NCBI GenBank assembly: GCA_020348985.1 | Contig: CP070761.1 | Location: 2,563,445 to 2,627,444, forward strand | Source: Candidatus Thorarchaeota archaeon | GTDB lineage: Archaea > Asgardarchaeota > Thorarchaeia > Thorarchaeales > Thorarchaeaceae | Direction of reading: 5' to 3' | DNA length: 64,000 nucleotides | Shown here: in pieces, positions 1 through 9,477 of the stretch | Numbering within the stretch: position 1 is the first letter of the stretch | Layout: every line of letters begins with the position of its first letter | The notes under the pieces: generated by a model | Seen by the model: only the letters and a program-made list of their open reading frames with translations | Databases searched by the model: none | Told to the model about the DNA's origin: nothing | Made by a program: the position numbers and the translations under genes

Positions 1-567
1 GCGATAACAGAAGAGCTACTTGGTAGGGGAGCAGAGGTTACACTAGTAATCGGACCTACTGTGCAGGAGCTACCGGAGAGAGCAACAACAAAGTCTGTGG
101 AGACGGCCCAACAGATGCTAGAGGTGGTGATGGACTCCGTGACCAACGAATGTGACGCATTCATATCGTCCGCGGCAGTTCTGGACTACGTTCCGGCGAA
201 GAAAGAACCTGGCAAGATCAGCTCGGGAGACAAGAGTCTGACACTTGAGCTTGTGCCTACAAAGAAGATTATCGATGAAGTCAGGAAAGCCCACAACAAG
301 ATGTACATTGTCGGGTTCAAGGTAGAGTCCGGGGTCACAGATGATGAACTTGAATCTCGGGCAAGGACTAAGATAGATTCTGGTGTCTGTGATATTGTAA
401 TTGCCAATGATTCAGAGCGAGCGGGTGTCGCCTTTGCCGGAGAAACAAACGAAGTGCTGATAGTTGGGAAGACAGGCATCATCGATAGAGTTACTCTAAC
501 AACTAAGAGAGAAGTTGCACGTCGTATAGTAAATGTTCTAGCAAGCGAACTGCAGCAGCAGAAGTGA
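1..567 (+). CDS. coaBC: Bifunctional phosphopantothenoylcysteine decarboxylase/ligase, C-terminal part (5' truncated by window)
   Basis: SAAVLDY, KISSG, VGFKVE, DIVIAND, TNEV motifs of the CoaB domain; frame open back to the window edge. Confidence 0.9.
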   Translation, partial: AITEELLGRGAEVTLVIGPTVQELPERATTKSVETAQQMLEVVMDSVTNECDAFISSAAVLDYVPAKKEPGKISSGDKSLTLELVPTKKIIDEVRKAHNKMYIVGFKVESGVTDDELESRARTKIDSGVCDIVIANDSERAGVAFAGETNEVLIVGKTGIIDRVTLTTKREVARRIVNVLASELQQQK

Positions 568-585
568 TATCATATTCGTGAAGAT

Positions 586-948
586 TCAGAGTATCTCTAG
601 TAGGCTCTGCGCCATGCGCTTCATATCAACGAAGATTAGTCCAAGTTGAGCATCGGACTTTGCAAGAACAAGAAGAAGTGCATCATCACCAACTGATGTC
701 AAGAGAGTATAGCCTTTCTCGCCTTTGACGTAGATTTCCATGAGCGCTCCACGGTCAAGCTCACCGGTGGCCTTGTCTCCTAATGAAAGCATTGCGGCAC
801 TGATCGCTGCAATCCTCTCTTGTTCACTCTCGGGGAGTGCGGAGGATATCATCAAGCCATCTTGTGACACAAGTGCGGCGCCCTCAACGCCGGGCACTGT
901 TTCAAAGTCCCTGATCGTTTTGTTAATCCTATCCACTCGACTGGACAT
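586..948 (-). CDS. Roadblock/LC7 (MglB-like) protein
   Basis: GVEGAALVSQDGLMISS...IAAISAAMLSLG...ELDRG...LGLIF roadblock pattern; ATG at 948 chosen (ORF track starts at 960). Confidence 0.9.
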   Translation of the reverse strand: MSSRVDRINKTIRDFETVPGVEGAALVSQDGLMISSALPESEQERIAAISAAMLSLGDKATGELDRGALMEIYVKGEKGYTLLTSVGDDALLLVLAKSDAQLGLIFVDMKRMAQSLLEIL

Positions 949-1043
949 GACGTCGCTCACCCGAAATGCCTCTAGCTCAGTTTGCGCAGATTTAAAGCTT
1001 TGTCGTTGAGAGAGGTTTAGAGCTGTTGAAAAGGCGGTGTGAT

Positions 1044-4000
1044 CTATACGTCAAAGAACTCCTTGGCATCAAATCGCTCTTCTCGTTCTCGACGCCTCTT
1101 TTCAGCCTCTTTCTCTCGACGCCGCGCTTCTTTCTCCCGTTCTCGGTCCCTTTTACGGTTATCACGTGGTTTCTTACTTGATCTCTTGAGGAGAGGTTCT
1201 TGTCGCCTCCTTTTTAGAGCGGCCCAGCCAATCATGGCTGCGATGAAGACACCACCGAGAATCGCCACTGTCAAGATAGGAGAAGGACGAATGAACATGA
1301 AATCTGATATCTCAACCGTGAGCGAATCATATCCAGCCTTCATTGCCAGAATTGTGATGCTGAAGGGACCCGTCCTACCAGTTGTCCACTCTTCGGATAA
1401 TAGGATAGTGTAGGTGCCCTGTGTACCTTCTTGGACCCCCACCTCAGTTTGATTGATCAATGAGCTCACTAATGCGCCGGTTATGGGGTCACCTACCTGG
1501 TCGATCAGCGTGAAGTTTATCCTGACACGGTCCCCTTCCCAGATAACCGTCTGACTCAGGTCAATGTCCGACAGTATTATCGAGGGAGCTCGCCTCCAGG
1601 CCAACGCATTCTCTAGGGTTCTGTTCTTCTCCAGCCCTGATGGATTCGTTGTGGTAAGCCCTATTTTCCCTGTTCCGACTGTCGACGCGATTATCACTGG
1701 ATTTGTGCCATCTGTAGCCACTACGCTGAAGTTGACCCAATGTGAATCGAAATGCCCTTGGTAGTCGACAACTGGCCCCAGAGAGTTCGGCTCTGAGACC
1801 AGAGGGTGGCCATCGTCTACTACAGTAATTGTCGAACCCGTTTCTGAGCTTGCGTAGGACACCGGCCATGGTAGCCAATCTAGGTTCCCGGTTGCTCCAA
1901 GGACAATAATTGTACCGCCGTTGGTCACAAACTCGGCGATGTCCGAGGAGATTGTGTTCATTGAGTTCTCAAGTGAGTCCAGTGATGAAGGCTCCATGAT
2001 CACAATCTTGTGAAGCGAGATTAGGTTGGTGAAGTCACTGAAGTTAGTTGATTCATAGTAGTCAAAATCTGCATCGAGAGCAGCAAGTCCCGTGGGCAAG
2101 TAGTTAGAATAACCAAGCGCAGCCACTTCGTGTACACCCCTTCCAGGTATGTGACCGTCGAGAACCAATGCGAGAGGATCAACTGCGGCTATATGCGGTG
2201 TCGCGTCAGGGTTGAACAGGTATGTTTCGGGATCACCATAAAGGATCTGTTGATTGGCGTAGTCAGGGGGGTCAAGATCAATGATTGGGTCGGTATAGTC
2301 AACTGATGTTGCTGCTAGCGCTCGATTGAGAGACAAGCCAGTACTATTACCATCTACAATGTTCTCTGTGAAAATGACTGAAAGCAGTCCACCAGCACGG
2401 AAATACACTGTTCTTGGTGCTGCGATCACGCCAGCCGCGCCATGCTCCATGAGTACTCGAGGAAGTCTTGATCCTCCCAAGAGACATGCAGTCACATGTA
2501 CGATTGTCGAGCCAATGTTACCAACACTCTGTTGAAGGTCATCTGTTGTGAGAAGCACGTGTCTTGGGTTCTCCAAGGGCCAAACGTATGGATTAACGAG
2601 TCCATTGTCATCACCATCTTGTACGGTCAGAGATACCTCATACCCATAGTCTTCGTCTTCATCCCGAAGTGAGAATATACCCACACCATCGGGTCTCATC
2701 GGAGGGTCTGTTGGAAAGACAGTGAGTGTGCCGTGAGTGCTGAGAGACCAGAAACCCACTTGTGAGCGTAATGCCTCAAAGACTTCGTCAGAGCCGATGT
2801 GATATTCCACTGCAAAACCTGCAGATTCAAGCGAATCGGTGAGGTCATCCACCTGATAGATTGTGTGTAAGTTATCGTAGTTGTCCTGCTGTCTGCCTCC
2901 GTGCGTGTAAGCATAAAGCGAGAGAAGGGAGGTGTCGGCAGAGTCCGATGTTTCGAATAGGAAGCGGTGTAGGACACCTCTTGAAATCATGACAGAGGCC
3001 GTCTCCGCGGACAGGGCAGGAATCCTTCCTGGGGAGAAGTGGGTTTGAAGTGACCTGTCGAAGCTCGCTTTTAGAAGGTCAATGGGTGAGACTATGAGCA
3101 GTGTCTGAATTGAAGTTGAATTGTAGGCACCTCTGTCTGTTAGAAAGCTCTCAAACTCTTGTGCAGAGTTTCTCATTGAGTAGATGTTTGGAATGCGTTC
3201 ATCGTACCACCCATTCTCAGTACGTGTTGTATACTGATTCTGAACATAGACTTCAATCTCAGGGCCAATGAGATAAGGAGCCCACGTTTCCTCAGCACGT
3301 GTAGTTATGGTGTTGTCATCACCTGCTAGTGAGAAAACGGGCCCACCATGTGCGGCCCCGGCAAACGCAGAAGCGCTGAAGAATTCATTTCCAGTTCCTA
3401 GCGGAAGTGATACTATGACGTCCGATTGACCGGACAGTGATTGTATCATGTTGGATAGCATGGGGTAGTTAGCAATGTTGACAAACAGATACTCTGAACT
3501 CAATGAAGTCTCCAAAGAGCTGGAGTGAAAATCAAGAGGATCAACCAAAATGCAGCTAGAAACACCTAGTCGGTCGAGTGCCCATTGCGTGGCAGATGGA
3601 ATTTCCGTCGGAGTTACATAAAGCAAGGGAGAATTGAGTTGAGACGCCAGAACTGCTCCATTGGCAGCTGACTCCAAATAGGCTGTGAGATCCTGTGGAA
3701 TCTGAGAAATAGACCAAGAAAGATCTGCGTTATTCACTTCTTCTGTTGCATCCATCCAGCCGACGACTATGTTCCATTGCCCTGGCATTGGATATGAAAT
3801 CTGAATGTCCTCCCTTCCGGGTTTGGACAGTATACTGCCCACAGGCGCCCAAGCAACAAGTCTGCCACTTGGATCAACCATTGCCATGTTTAGGTCAGTT
3901 GCAGCATTGTCCCAATTGAGAGTCACGTTCAGCCAAGATGCATCTGAAGGAACATCTACAGTGTGAGTGAAACCTGGATGGTATTTGATTTCAGAATCGA

Positions 4001-4907
4001 AACTCACCGGGTCGGCGACGAAGGATTCGGGATCAATCTCCAAGGTCCACTCCCCACTCACTGTATTTGGTACCCAGAAGTAGAGCGGGACCGGGCTTGG
4101 AGCGTAATTGCGCTCTGCGAAAACCTGCCTGTACAAAGAGTAGTCCATGACAACACCATTAGGGTCCGTAAGTGTATGTACAAACAGATCGGATCCGGTC
4201 CAGTTGAACTTCCCTTCAATCCATCCCACATTGGGCGAAGAAGTGAAATCAAACGTTACGGGGTTGGGCGTCGTAGCAACTATACTGGGGGAGACAACTG
4301 AGACCTGTGCTCCCGAGAATGTATACTCATAGGAACCTTCAGTCACAGTGGGCTCTTGGAACTGATCCTGTGACAGGGCTAACACTGCCGTATCTGTGGA
4401 GGCCCATTCGGCCACAGCAAGCCTAGCTGCAATTTGACTGGAGGAGGCCCCCTTCAGCTGAGGGTATACTTGTGTTCCAATGATGCCCTGCATCTTCATG
4501 ATGTAGTTGTGACTGAAATCACCGATCCCAATCGCCTGCGTAGTGCCTCCATCTTCATCCAAGTACTCGACCCAATCCTGAATTAGCCAGCCTTCACTAT
4601 CAGATTCAGAAACATGAATGACGGGAGAGATATAGTGTGTGCCCCCATACCAGAAGGTTGCAGTTGGGACAGCGGCCATGTACGCAAAATCATCAATGTA
4701 GGAGAGGGGATCAGATTGGACTAGTGTAATTCGACGAAGTGGTACGGGGTCTGGACTATTCCGGTAGGCGGCATCAGTACGGATTGTGCCATAGCTGTAA
4801 GGCGCGGGATTTGAAGTAATATGCACAAACCCCAGAGGGAGGAATGGTGATACGAAGATAATCGCTGCAAAAAGAACCGAGATTGTAAGTCTGCCAGGAA
4901 AATTCAT
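1044..4907 (-). CDS. Large secreted, C-terminally membrane-anchored surface protein: CWB2-like segments, PPC-like domains, gingipain/C25 (clan CD)-like domain
   Basis: Hydrophobic N-terminal signal; AVLASQLNSPLLYV; TLNWDNAATDLNMAMVDPSG (PPC-like); STHG...VTACL...GAAGVIA...ILYGDP; C-terminal TM followed by an R/K/E-rich tail. Confidence 0.6.
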   Translation of the reverse strand: MNFPGRLTISVLFAAIIFVSPFLPLGFVHITSNPAPYSYGTIRTDAAYRNSPDPVPLRRITLVQSDPLSYIDDFAYMAAVPTATFWYGGTHYISPVIHVSESDSEGWLIQDWVEYLDEDGGTTQAIGIGDFSHNYIMKMQGIIGTQVYPQLKGASSSQIAARLAVAEWASTDTAVLALSQDQFQEPTVTEGSYEYTFSGAQVSVVSPSIVATTPNPVTFDFTSSPNVGWIEGKFNWTGSDLFVHTLTDPNGVVMDYSLYRQVFAERNYAPSPVPLYFWVPNTVSGEWTLEIDPESFVADPVSFDSEIKYHPGFTHTVDVPSDASWLNVTLNWDNAATDLNMAMVDPSGRLVAWAPVGSILSKPGREDIQISYPMPGQWNIVVGWMDATEEVNNADLSWSISQIPQDLTAYLESAANGAVLASQLNSPLLYVTPTEIPSATQWALDRLGVSSCILVDPLDFHSSSLETSLSSEYLFVNIANYPMLSNMIQSLSGQSDVIVSLPLGTGNEFFSASAFAGAAHGGPVFSLAGDDNTITTRAEETWAPYLIGPEIEVYVQNQYTTRTENGWYDERIPNIYSMRNSAQEFESFLTDRGAYNSTSIQTLLIVSPIDLLKASFDRSLQTHFSPGRIPALSAETASVMISRGVLHRFLFETSDSADTSLLSLYAYTHGGRQQDNYDNLHTIYQVDDLTDSLESAGFAVEYHIGSDEVFEALRSQVGFWSLSTHGTLTVFPTDPPMRPDGVGIFSLRDEDEDYGYEVSLTVQDGDDNGLVNPYVWPLENPRHVLLTTDDLQQSVGNIGSTIVHVTACLLGGSRLPRVLMEHGAAGVIAAPRTVYFRAGGLLSVIFTENIVDGNSTGLSLNRALAATSVDYTDPIIDLDPPDYANQQILYGDPETYLFNPDATPHIAAVDPLALVLDGHIPGRGVHEVAALGYSNYLPTGLAALDADFDYYESTNFSDFTNLISLHKIVIMEPSSLDSLENSMNTISSDIAEFVTNGGTIIVLGATGNLDWLPWPVSYASSETGSTITVVDDGHPLVSEPNSLGPVVDYQGHFDSHWVNFSVVATDGTNPVIIASTVGTGKIGLTTTNPSGLEKNRTLENALAWRRAPSIILSDIDLSQTVIWEGDRVRINFTLIDQVGDPITGALVSSLINQTEVGVQEGTQGTYTILLSEEWTTGRTGPFSITILAMKAGYDSLTVEISDFMFIRPSPILTVAILGGVFIAAMIGWAALKRRRQEPLLKRSSKKPRDNRKRDREREKEARRREKEAEKRRREREERFDAKEFFDV

Positions 4908-5014
4908 TCCAAAACACCCTGCGAGATTGTCAAAATATGCGAGCGATACAATTTGACTTTTCCCGCTTAAGGATTCACATTTGACGCTGTTAGTAGACTC
5001 GCCTATGTGGACAA

Positions 5015-5911
5015 CTATTCGACATCGTCGAGTTCTAGAAGATCTTCATCGAAGTCTTCGTCTTCCATTTCATCTTCCTCAGGAAGCGCATCACGAATAT
5101 CATCTATGGCAGGCCGGAGTCGTCTACGAGTACCCTTGGGGACATCCCACATCATTTGCTCAGCCCTGTCAATGACCTCTCTGGATATGTCAAGTATTTC
5201 AGCGTTTAGGTAGCATTGAGCCGCCTCTACAAAGCATTCAGCTGCTTTTCGAACATTCCCTTGGGTCTCTGCAATTTCCCCAAGCAGGGATAGAACATCT
5301 GCAATACCTGCGTTGTCGTCCAGATCCCTATAGATCTTCAACGCTTTCCTGAATGTCTTCTCAGCTTCCTCAGTGTTCTGCTGGTCCTGATATGCATTGC
5401 CTATGTCTACAAGTGTGACGGCTACACCTTGCTCATTTTCAACTGTCTTGTAGGCTCGTTGTGCCTTCTTGAAGAAGTCCATAGCTTTGTCAAAGTCACC
5501 TTGTCCTAGACTTGCCAACGCCACACCGTACATTGCATCAGCTGCGCCGTCCTTGTTTCCAAGCTTTTGGAACAAATCCATGGCTTTTTGGCAAGTTATG
5601 ACCGCTTCAGTCCATCTCTCTAGGTTGATCTGTGCGACACCAAGATTGTACGTTGTGTCACTGATTCCGGTCTCATCCTTCAACTTCTTGTAAAGGCTCA
5701 ATGATTTCTCGAAGCAATCAAGCGCCTCTTCAAACTCTGCGACGGACATGTATACATTTCCGGCTGCATTGTAAATCCTCGCTGCGACAGTCTCCTCTCC
5801 TGCTTCTTGAGCTGCAGCGGCTTCTTCGATGAGAAGTGCCGGGTCCAAATCGTCCATATCTTGTTCGTCGTCGCTCAAAGATTTCACCAAACCTTGTTCT
5901 CTCCGGTCCAA
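5015..5911 (-). CDS. Tetratricopeptide repeat protein with acidic termini
   Basis: Repeated ~40-aa units (YNAAGNVY..EEALDCFEKSL; YNLGVAQ..EAVITCQKAM; DIGNAY..EAEKTFRKAL). Confidence 0.85.
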   Translation of the reverse strand: MDRREQGLVKSLSDDEQDMDDLDPALLIEEAAAAQEAGEETVAARIYNAAGNVYMSVAEFEEALDCFEKSLSLYKKLKDETGISDTTYNLGVAQINLERWTEAVITCQKAMDLFQKLGNKDGAADAMYGVALASLGQGDFDKAMDFFKKAQRAYKTVENEQGVAVTLVDIGNAYQDQQNTEEAEKTFRKALKIYRDLDDNAGIADVLSLLGEIAETQGNVRKAAECFVEAAQCYLNAEILDISREVIDRAEQMMWDVPKGTRRRLRPAIDDIRDALPEEDEMEDEDFDEDLLELDDVE

Positions 5912-5943
5912 GACACCTCGCTTTTGATTCTTTCTAAGTGTGC

Positions 5944-6645
5944 TTAGCGTCGCATGATAAGGACAGGATTCTCTAGAAAGTGCTTCACAGGATCTCTCAC
6001 GACGAAGCGTTCATCTCCAACTTCAACTTCAAGGAGCTTTCTCAATTCGAATCTTCGGAGATAGCCAACCGCTTGCTCGCGTGGGAGATTCAAATCAGAC
6101 ATTAGATTCTTCAGTCCCTTCTTCTGACCACTGAATTCTGCAAGCTTGCTGAAGACCGAACTCCACTGCATCATCGTCAGATAGAGCAAAGTCCTCAACA
6201 TGCTATCAACATTCTTTCCGGTCTCCGCCGAAACCGGTATGACAGGAAGTCCAGCTAGGAATCTCATGCTCTTTCTTAGATGATCGACAGGACGGGCTGT
6301 GTCAAGGTCCTGCTTATTTGCCGCAACAACACATGGAACTCCGGGTAGGAAGAACGCAATCTCGCGGAAGAAGAGCTTGGCGCGTGCATCAGATTCAGGG
6401 TCTACCGAATCTACGACGAAAATGATCCCGTCAGCCCCCTCACTGAGAATCTTGCGCATAGTCCTGAACCTCAAGAGTCCTGGTGTGCCGAAAAGGAACA
6501 CACTGAGCCCGTCTATGTTTGCTAGGCCATGATCCATGGCGATTGTTGTCCCTCCGCGTTCAACATTGATACAGGATCCATCAGTAATATGATAAATCAT
6601 CTTGCTCTTTCCAGATTCGAAGGGACCGGTTACGACTAGTTTCAT
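5944..6645 (-). CDS. MglA/conservon-type small GTPase with C-terminal wHTH-like extension
   Basis: G1 GPFESGKS, TTIAMDHG, G3 FGTPGL, G4 NKQD, G5 SAETG; ATG at 6645. Confidence 0.85.
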   Translation of the reverse strand: MKLVVTGPFESGKSKMIYHITDGSCINVERGGTTIAMDHGLANIDGLSVFLFGTPGLLRFRTMRKILSEGADGIIFVVDSVDPESDARAKLFFREIAFFLPGVPCVVAANKQDLDTARPVDHLRKSMRFLAGLPVIPVSAETGKNVDSMLRTLLYLTMMQWSSVFSKLAEFSGQKKGLKNLMSDLNLPREQAVGYLRRFELRKLLEVEVGDERFVVRDPVKHFLENPVLIMRR

Positions 6646-6808
6646 ACTGCGACACCGTGCAATGCTCAAGCATGCGATAGAGTGCAAGTATCATCGCCGT
6701 TGTTAAATCCTTTTGCCGTGTTTCATTGACAGCGTTTCTGCGCAAAACATCATTGATATCGATACTGGGCTGAAAAGCTGGTGGAGAGACCGGCCGCTTG
6801 CGGCAGCA

Positions 6809-6856
6809 ATCCTCAGTCGTCATTCCGATTCATGGTTTAGAACGACTTCATAGGAA
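6809..6856 (-). promoter_or_regulatory. Eukaryote-type SECIS element overlapping the selD stop codon
   Basis: Minus strand UUCC-UAU-GA-AGUCGUUCU-AAA-CC-AUGAAUC-GG-AAU-GACGACU-GA-GGAU: kink-turn core (UCC/GGA stem, 3-nt bulge, tandem G.A), 7-bp helix AGUCGUU/GACGACU, AAA, apical mini-stem. Confidence 0.8.
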
Positions 6857-7882
6857 ATCGGTCTCAATGATCTGTACGTCATCAGCCAAACGGGCTTGAG
6901 GCGTAGGACTTGCTTTTGTAGTTACTCCCACGGACCAGCACTGTATGCCTTTCTTCTTCAGTAGATCAGAGAGGGTGCCGGCCCTTCCGGACTCGATGAA
7001 TATGAGCATCCCTCCGGCAGTCTCTGCACTCTGGCCTATTGCCAGCTTGTGTCCAAAGTATTCCGCCAGCTGAGAAGTTCCACGTATAATAGGAAGAGTG
7101 TCGATCACCACATCCACACCACTTAGGACGGCGACATTGTTTGCATGCCCAATTATCCCAAAACCCGTGATGTCCGTGGCAGCATTGACTCCTATCTCAA
7201 CCATGGCTGCTGCGACTTCGCGATTGCTTTGTGTCATCACATTAACCGCAGACTTCTCTATTCGTCGGAGTTCGGATTCATCAAACTGAGCAAGCAGGGT
7301 ATCGCGCTTCTCATCTCTCAGATCTCTGTAGGATCGCATTGCAGGTTGGATTCCTAATGGTTTTGTCAAGAGCACCGAGTCCCCTGCTTTGGCGCCAGAT
7401 GAGTAAATCACATCTTTGGGATGGGCAATCCCGAGACATATTCCACCAAATACGGGCTCGGGATTCGTTATTGTCTGTCCCCCAGTGACTTTGGAATCTA
7501 GCTTCTTCATGAAGTCAGTCATACCCTGAAGGACTCCTGCAGCTATGTCCCTTGGCAAGTGGCGAGGATACGCCATGAATGCCTGCATTGACAGAATCTT
7601 TGTCGCACCCATTGCAAAAACATCGTTAGTTGCATTGCAAGCGACGATTTCACCCTGCACACGAGGGTCATCGTGGATAGGCGTGAAGATATCGACGTTT
7701 TCTATGACTGCGACATCATCGTTAATGACTTGGACAACGGCATCCTCTCCATACTCTCTTGAACAGACAACATCGGTCGGAATCAGACCTGATGCCTGGA
7801 GGAGTAGCGTCAAATCATCCTGCTTCACCTTGCAGCTTCAGCCGTGGCTAGTGACCATTGCAGTTAGTCGCGTTTCACGCAC
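6848..7882 (-). CDS. selD: Selenophosphate synthetase, selenocysteine-containing (UGA at 7838-7840 = Sec15)
   Basis: ORFs 7838..8083 and 6848..7828 are in one frame separated by a single TGA: VRETRLTAMVTSHG-U-SCKVKQDDL, matching SelD RLT...(U/C)xCK; also EDAVV, DIFTP, NATNDVFAMG, GGQT, LTKPLG, TDITGFG, ETAGGML; GTG start at 7882 inferred. Confidence 0.92.
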
Positions 7883-8031
7883 CTGGTGTTCATACCTCCA
7901 TCCTTTTTGGACAATCACGTCCCTCAAGACAGGAGAAATGGCTGGTAATAAACTGTAATATGAGTCCGAGTTCACAAGCCTTATAGCAAGAGCTTCGAAT
8001 TCGGCACTGACTCGACTAGGTGAGATATTGA

Positions 8032-9477
8032 TTGAGGATAAGCAAGATTTCTGAAAATATTCACGAGATACCCATGGGAACACAGCAGTGTATGAGAGTC
8101 CCTGTCAAGGTGTTTGCCTCTGATGCTCTTGTGAGTAAGATGCGACAAGACGCAACATTCCAACAAGGTGCTAATGCTGCATGTCTTCCAGGAATCTACT
8201 CACATGGCATAATCCTGCCAGATGGCCATCAGGGCTACGGGTTTCCAATAGGCGGAGTTGCGGCAATCGACTACGAGAACGGAGTGATTTCGCCAGGAGG
8301 TGTCGGCTACGACATCAACTGTGGTGTCCGTGTTCTGCGGACTGATTTTGATGAGAAAGATGTTAGACCGCAGCTGAAGGAGCTTGTCAATCGTCTTTTC
8401 AACGACATCCCGACTGGAGTTGGAAGAGGCGGAAGAATCGATGTAAGAGGAAAAGGGGGAGTTGACGAAATCCTACTTAGAGGAGCTGAATGGGCTGTCG
8501 AAAACGGATTCGGGTGGAAGGAAGACCTTGAACATCAGGAAGCCGGAGGGCGAATAGAATATGCAGATCCCTCAAAGGTTTCATCTCACGCGAAGGAGAG
8601 GGGAATGCGGCAGGTGGGCACATTGGGCTCGGGAAATCACTTCCTTGAGATTCAGGTTGTCGACCAGATCTATAATGAAGAAGCGGCCTCAGCAATGGGA
8701 ATAACCCATACAGGTCAAGTGACTGTCATGATTCATAGTGGATCGCGAGGACTTGGTCATCAGGTATGCAGTGACTACATCAAAATCATGACGCAAGCAA
8801 TGCGTAAGTATAGCTTGGATCTTCCGGACAGGGAGCTCTGTAGTGCACCCACGACATCTGATGAAGGACAGGCATATCTAGGTGCGATGAGTGCCGCGGC
8901 GAATTATGCGTTTGCCAATAGACAATCGATGCTGCACTGGACTCGCGAGACGTTTTCCAGTATCTTTGGACAAGCACCAGAGGACATTGGGATGCGTCTA
9001 ATCTATGACGTCGCACACAACATGGGAAAGGTTGAGGAACACGAAATAGAAGGTAAGAGAAGAAAAGTCGTAGTCCATCGAAAAGGAGCAACGCGAGCTT
9101 TTCCGCCAGGCCATGAAGAGGTCCCGTCCAAGTACAAGAATATCGGGCAACCGGTCCTGATACCAGGAACAATGGGGACGGCATCGTATATCCTCATTGG
9201 GGACAAGCGCGGGATGGACCTGACATTTGGATCAACGGCACATGGTGCTGGCAGATTCATGAGCCGCAGTAGAGCCAAGAAGCAATTCTTTGGGAAAGAA
9301 GTGCAGAGCTCGTTAGCAGAAACCGGGATCATTGTCAAAGCAACAAAAGGCATAGTCATAGCCGAAGAAGCACCTGGTGCTTACAAGGACGTAGACGAAG
9401 TTGTAAGGGTTTCAGATGCAGTCGGAATAGCTACCAAGGCAGTAAGACTACGACCGATTGGTGTCATCAAGGGCTGA
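8032..9477 (+). CDS. rtcB: RNA-splicing ligase RtcB
   Basis: PDGHQGYGFPIGG, GYDINCG, GTLGSGNHF, HSGSRG, HRKGAT, PGTMG, HGAGR, EEAPGAYK. Confidence 0.97.
   Translation: MRISKISENIHEIPMGTQQCMRVPVKVFASDALVSKMRQDATFQQGANAACLPGIYSHGIILPDGHQGYGFPIGGVAAIDYENGVISPGGVGYDINCGVRVLRTDFDEKDVRPQLKELVNRLFNDIPTGVGRGGRIDVRGKGGVDEILLRGAEWAVENGFGWKEDLEHQEAGGRIEYADPSKVSSHAKERGMRQVGTLGSGNHFLEIQVVDQIYNEEAASAMGITHTGQVTVMIHSGSRGLGHQVCSDYIKIMTQAMRKYSLDLPDRELCSAPTTSDEGQAYLGAMSAAANYAFANRQSMLHWTRETFSSIFGQAPEDIGMRLIYDVAHNMGKVEEHEIEGKRRKVVVHRKGATRAFPPGHEEVPSKYKNIGQPVLIPGTMGTASYILIGDKRGMDLTFGSTAHGAGRFMSRSRAKKQFFGKEVQSSLAETGIIVKATKGIVIAEEAPGAYKDVDEVVRVSDAVGIATKAVRLRPIGVIKG

Noticed and set aside
6718-6756. Second SECIS-like AUGA...AAA...UGA downstream of selD
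   Set aside because: Helix is mostly mismatched and there is no closing stem
7883-8083. Long N-terminal part of the 81-aa ORF upstream of selD
   Set aside because: Overlaps the divergent promoter region and rtcB start; SelD similarity begins only at RLT
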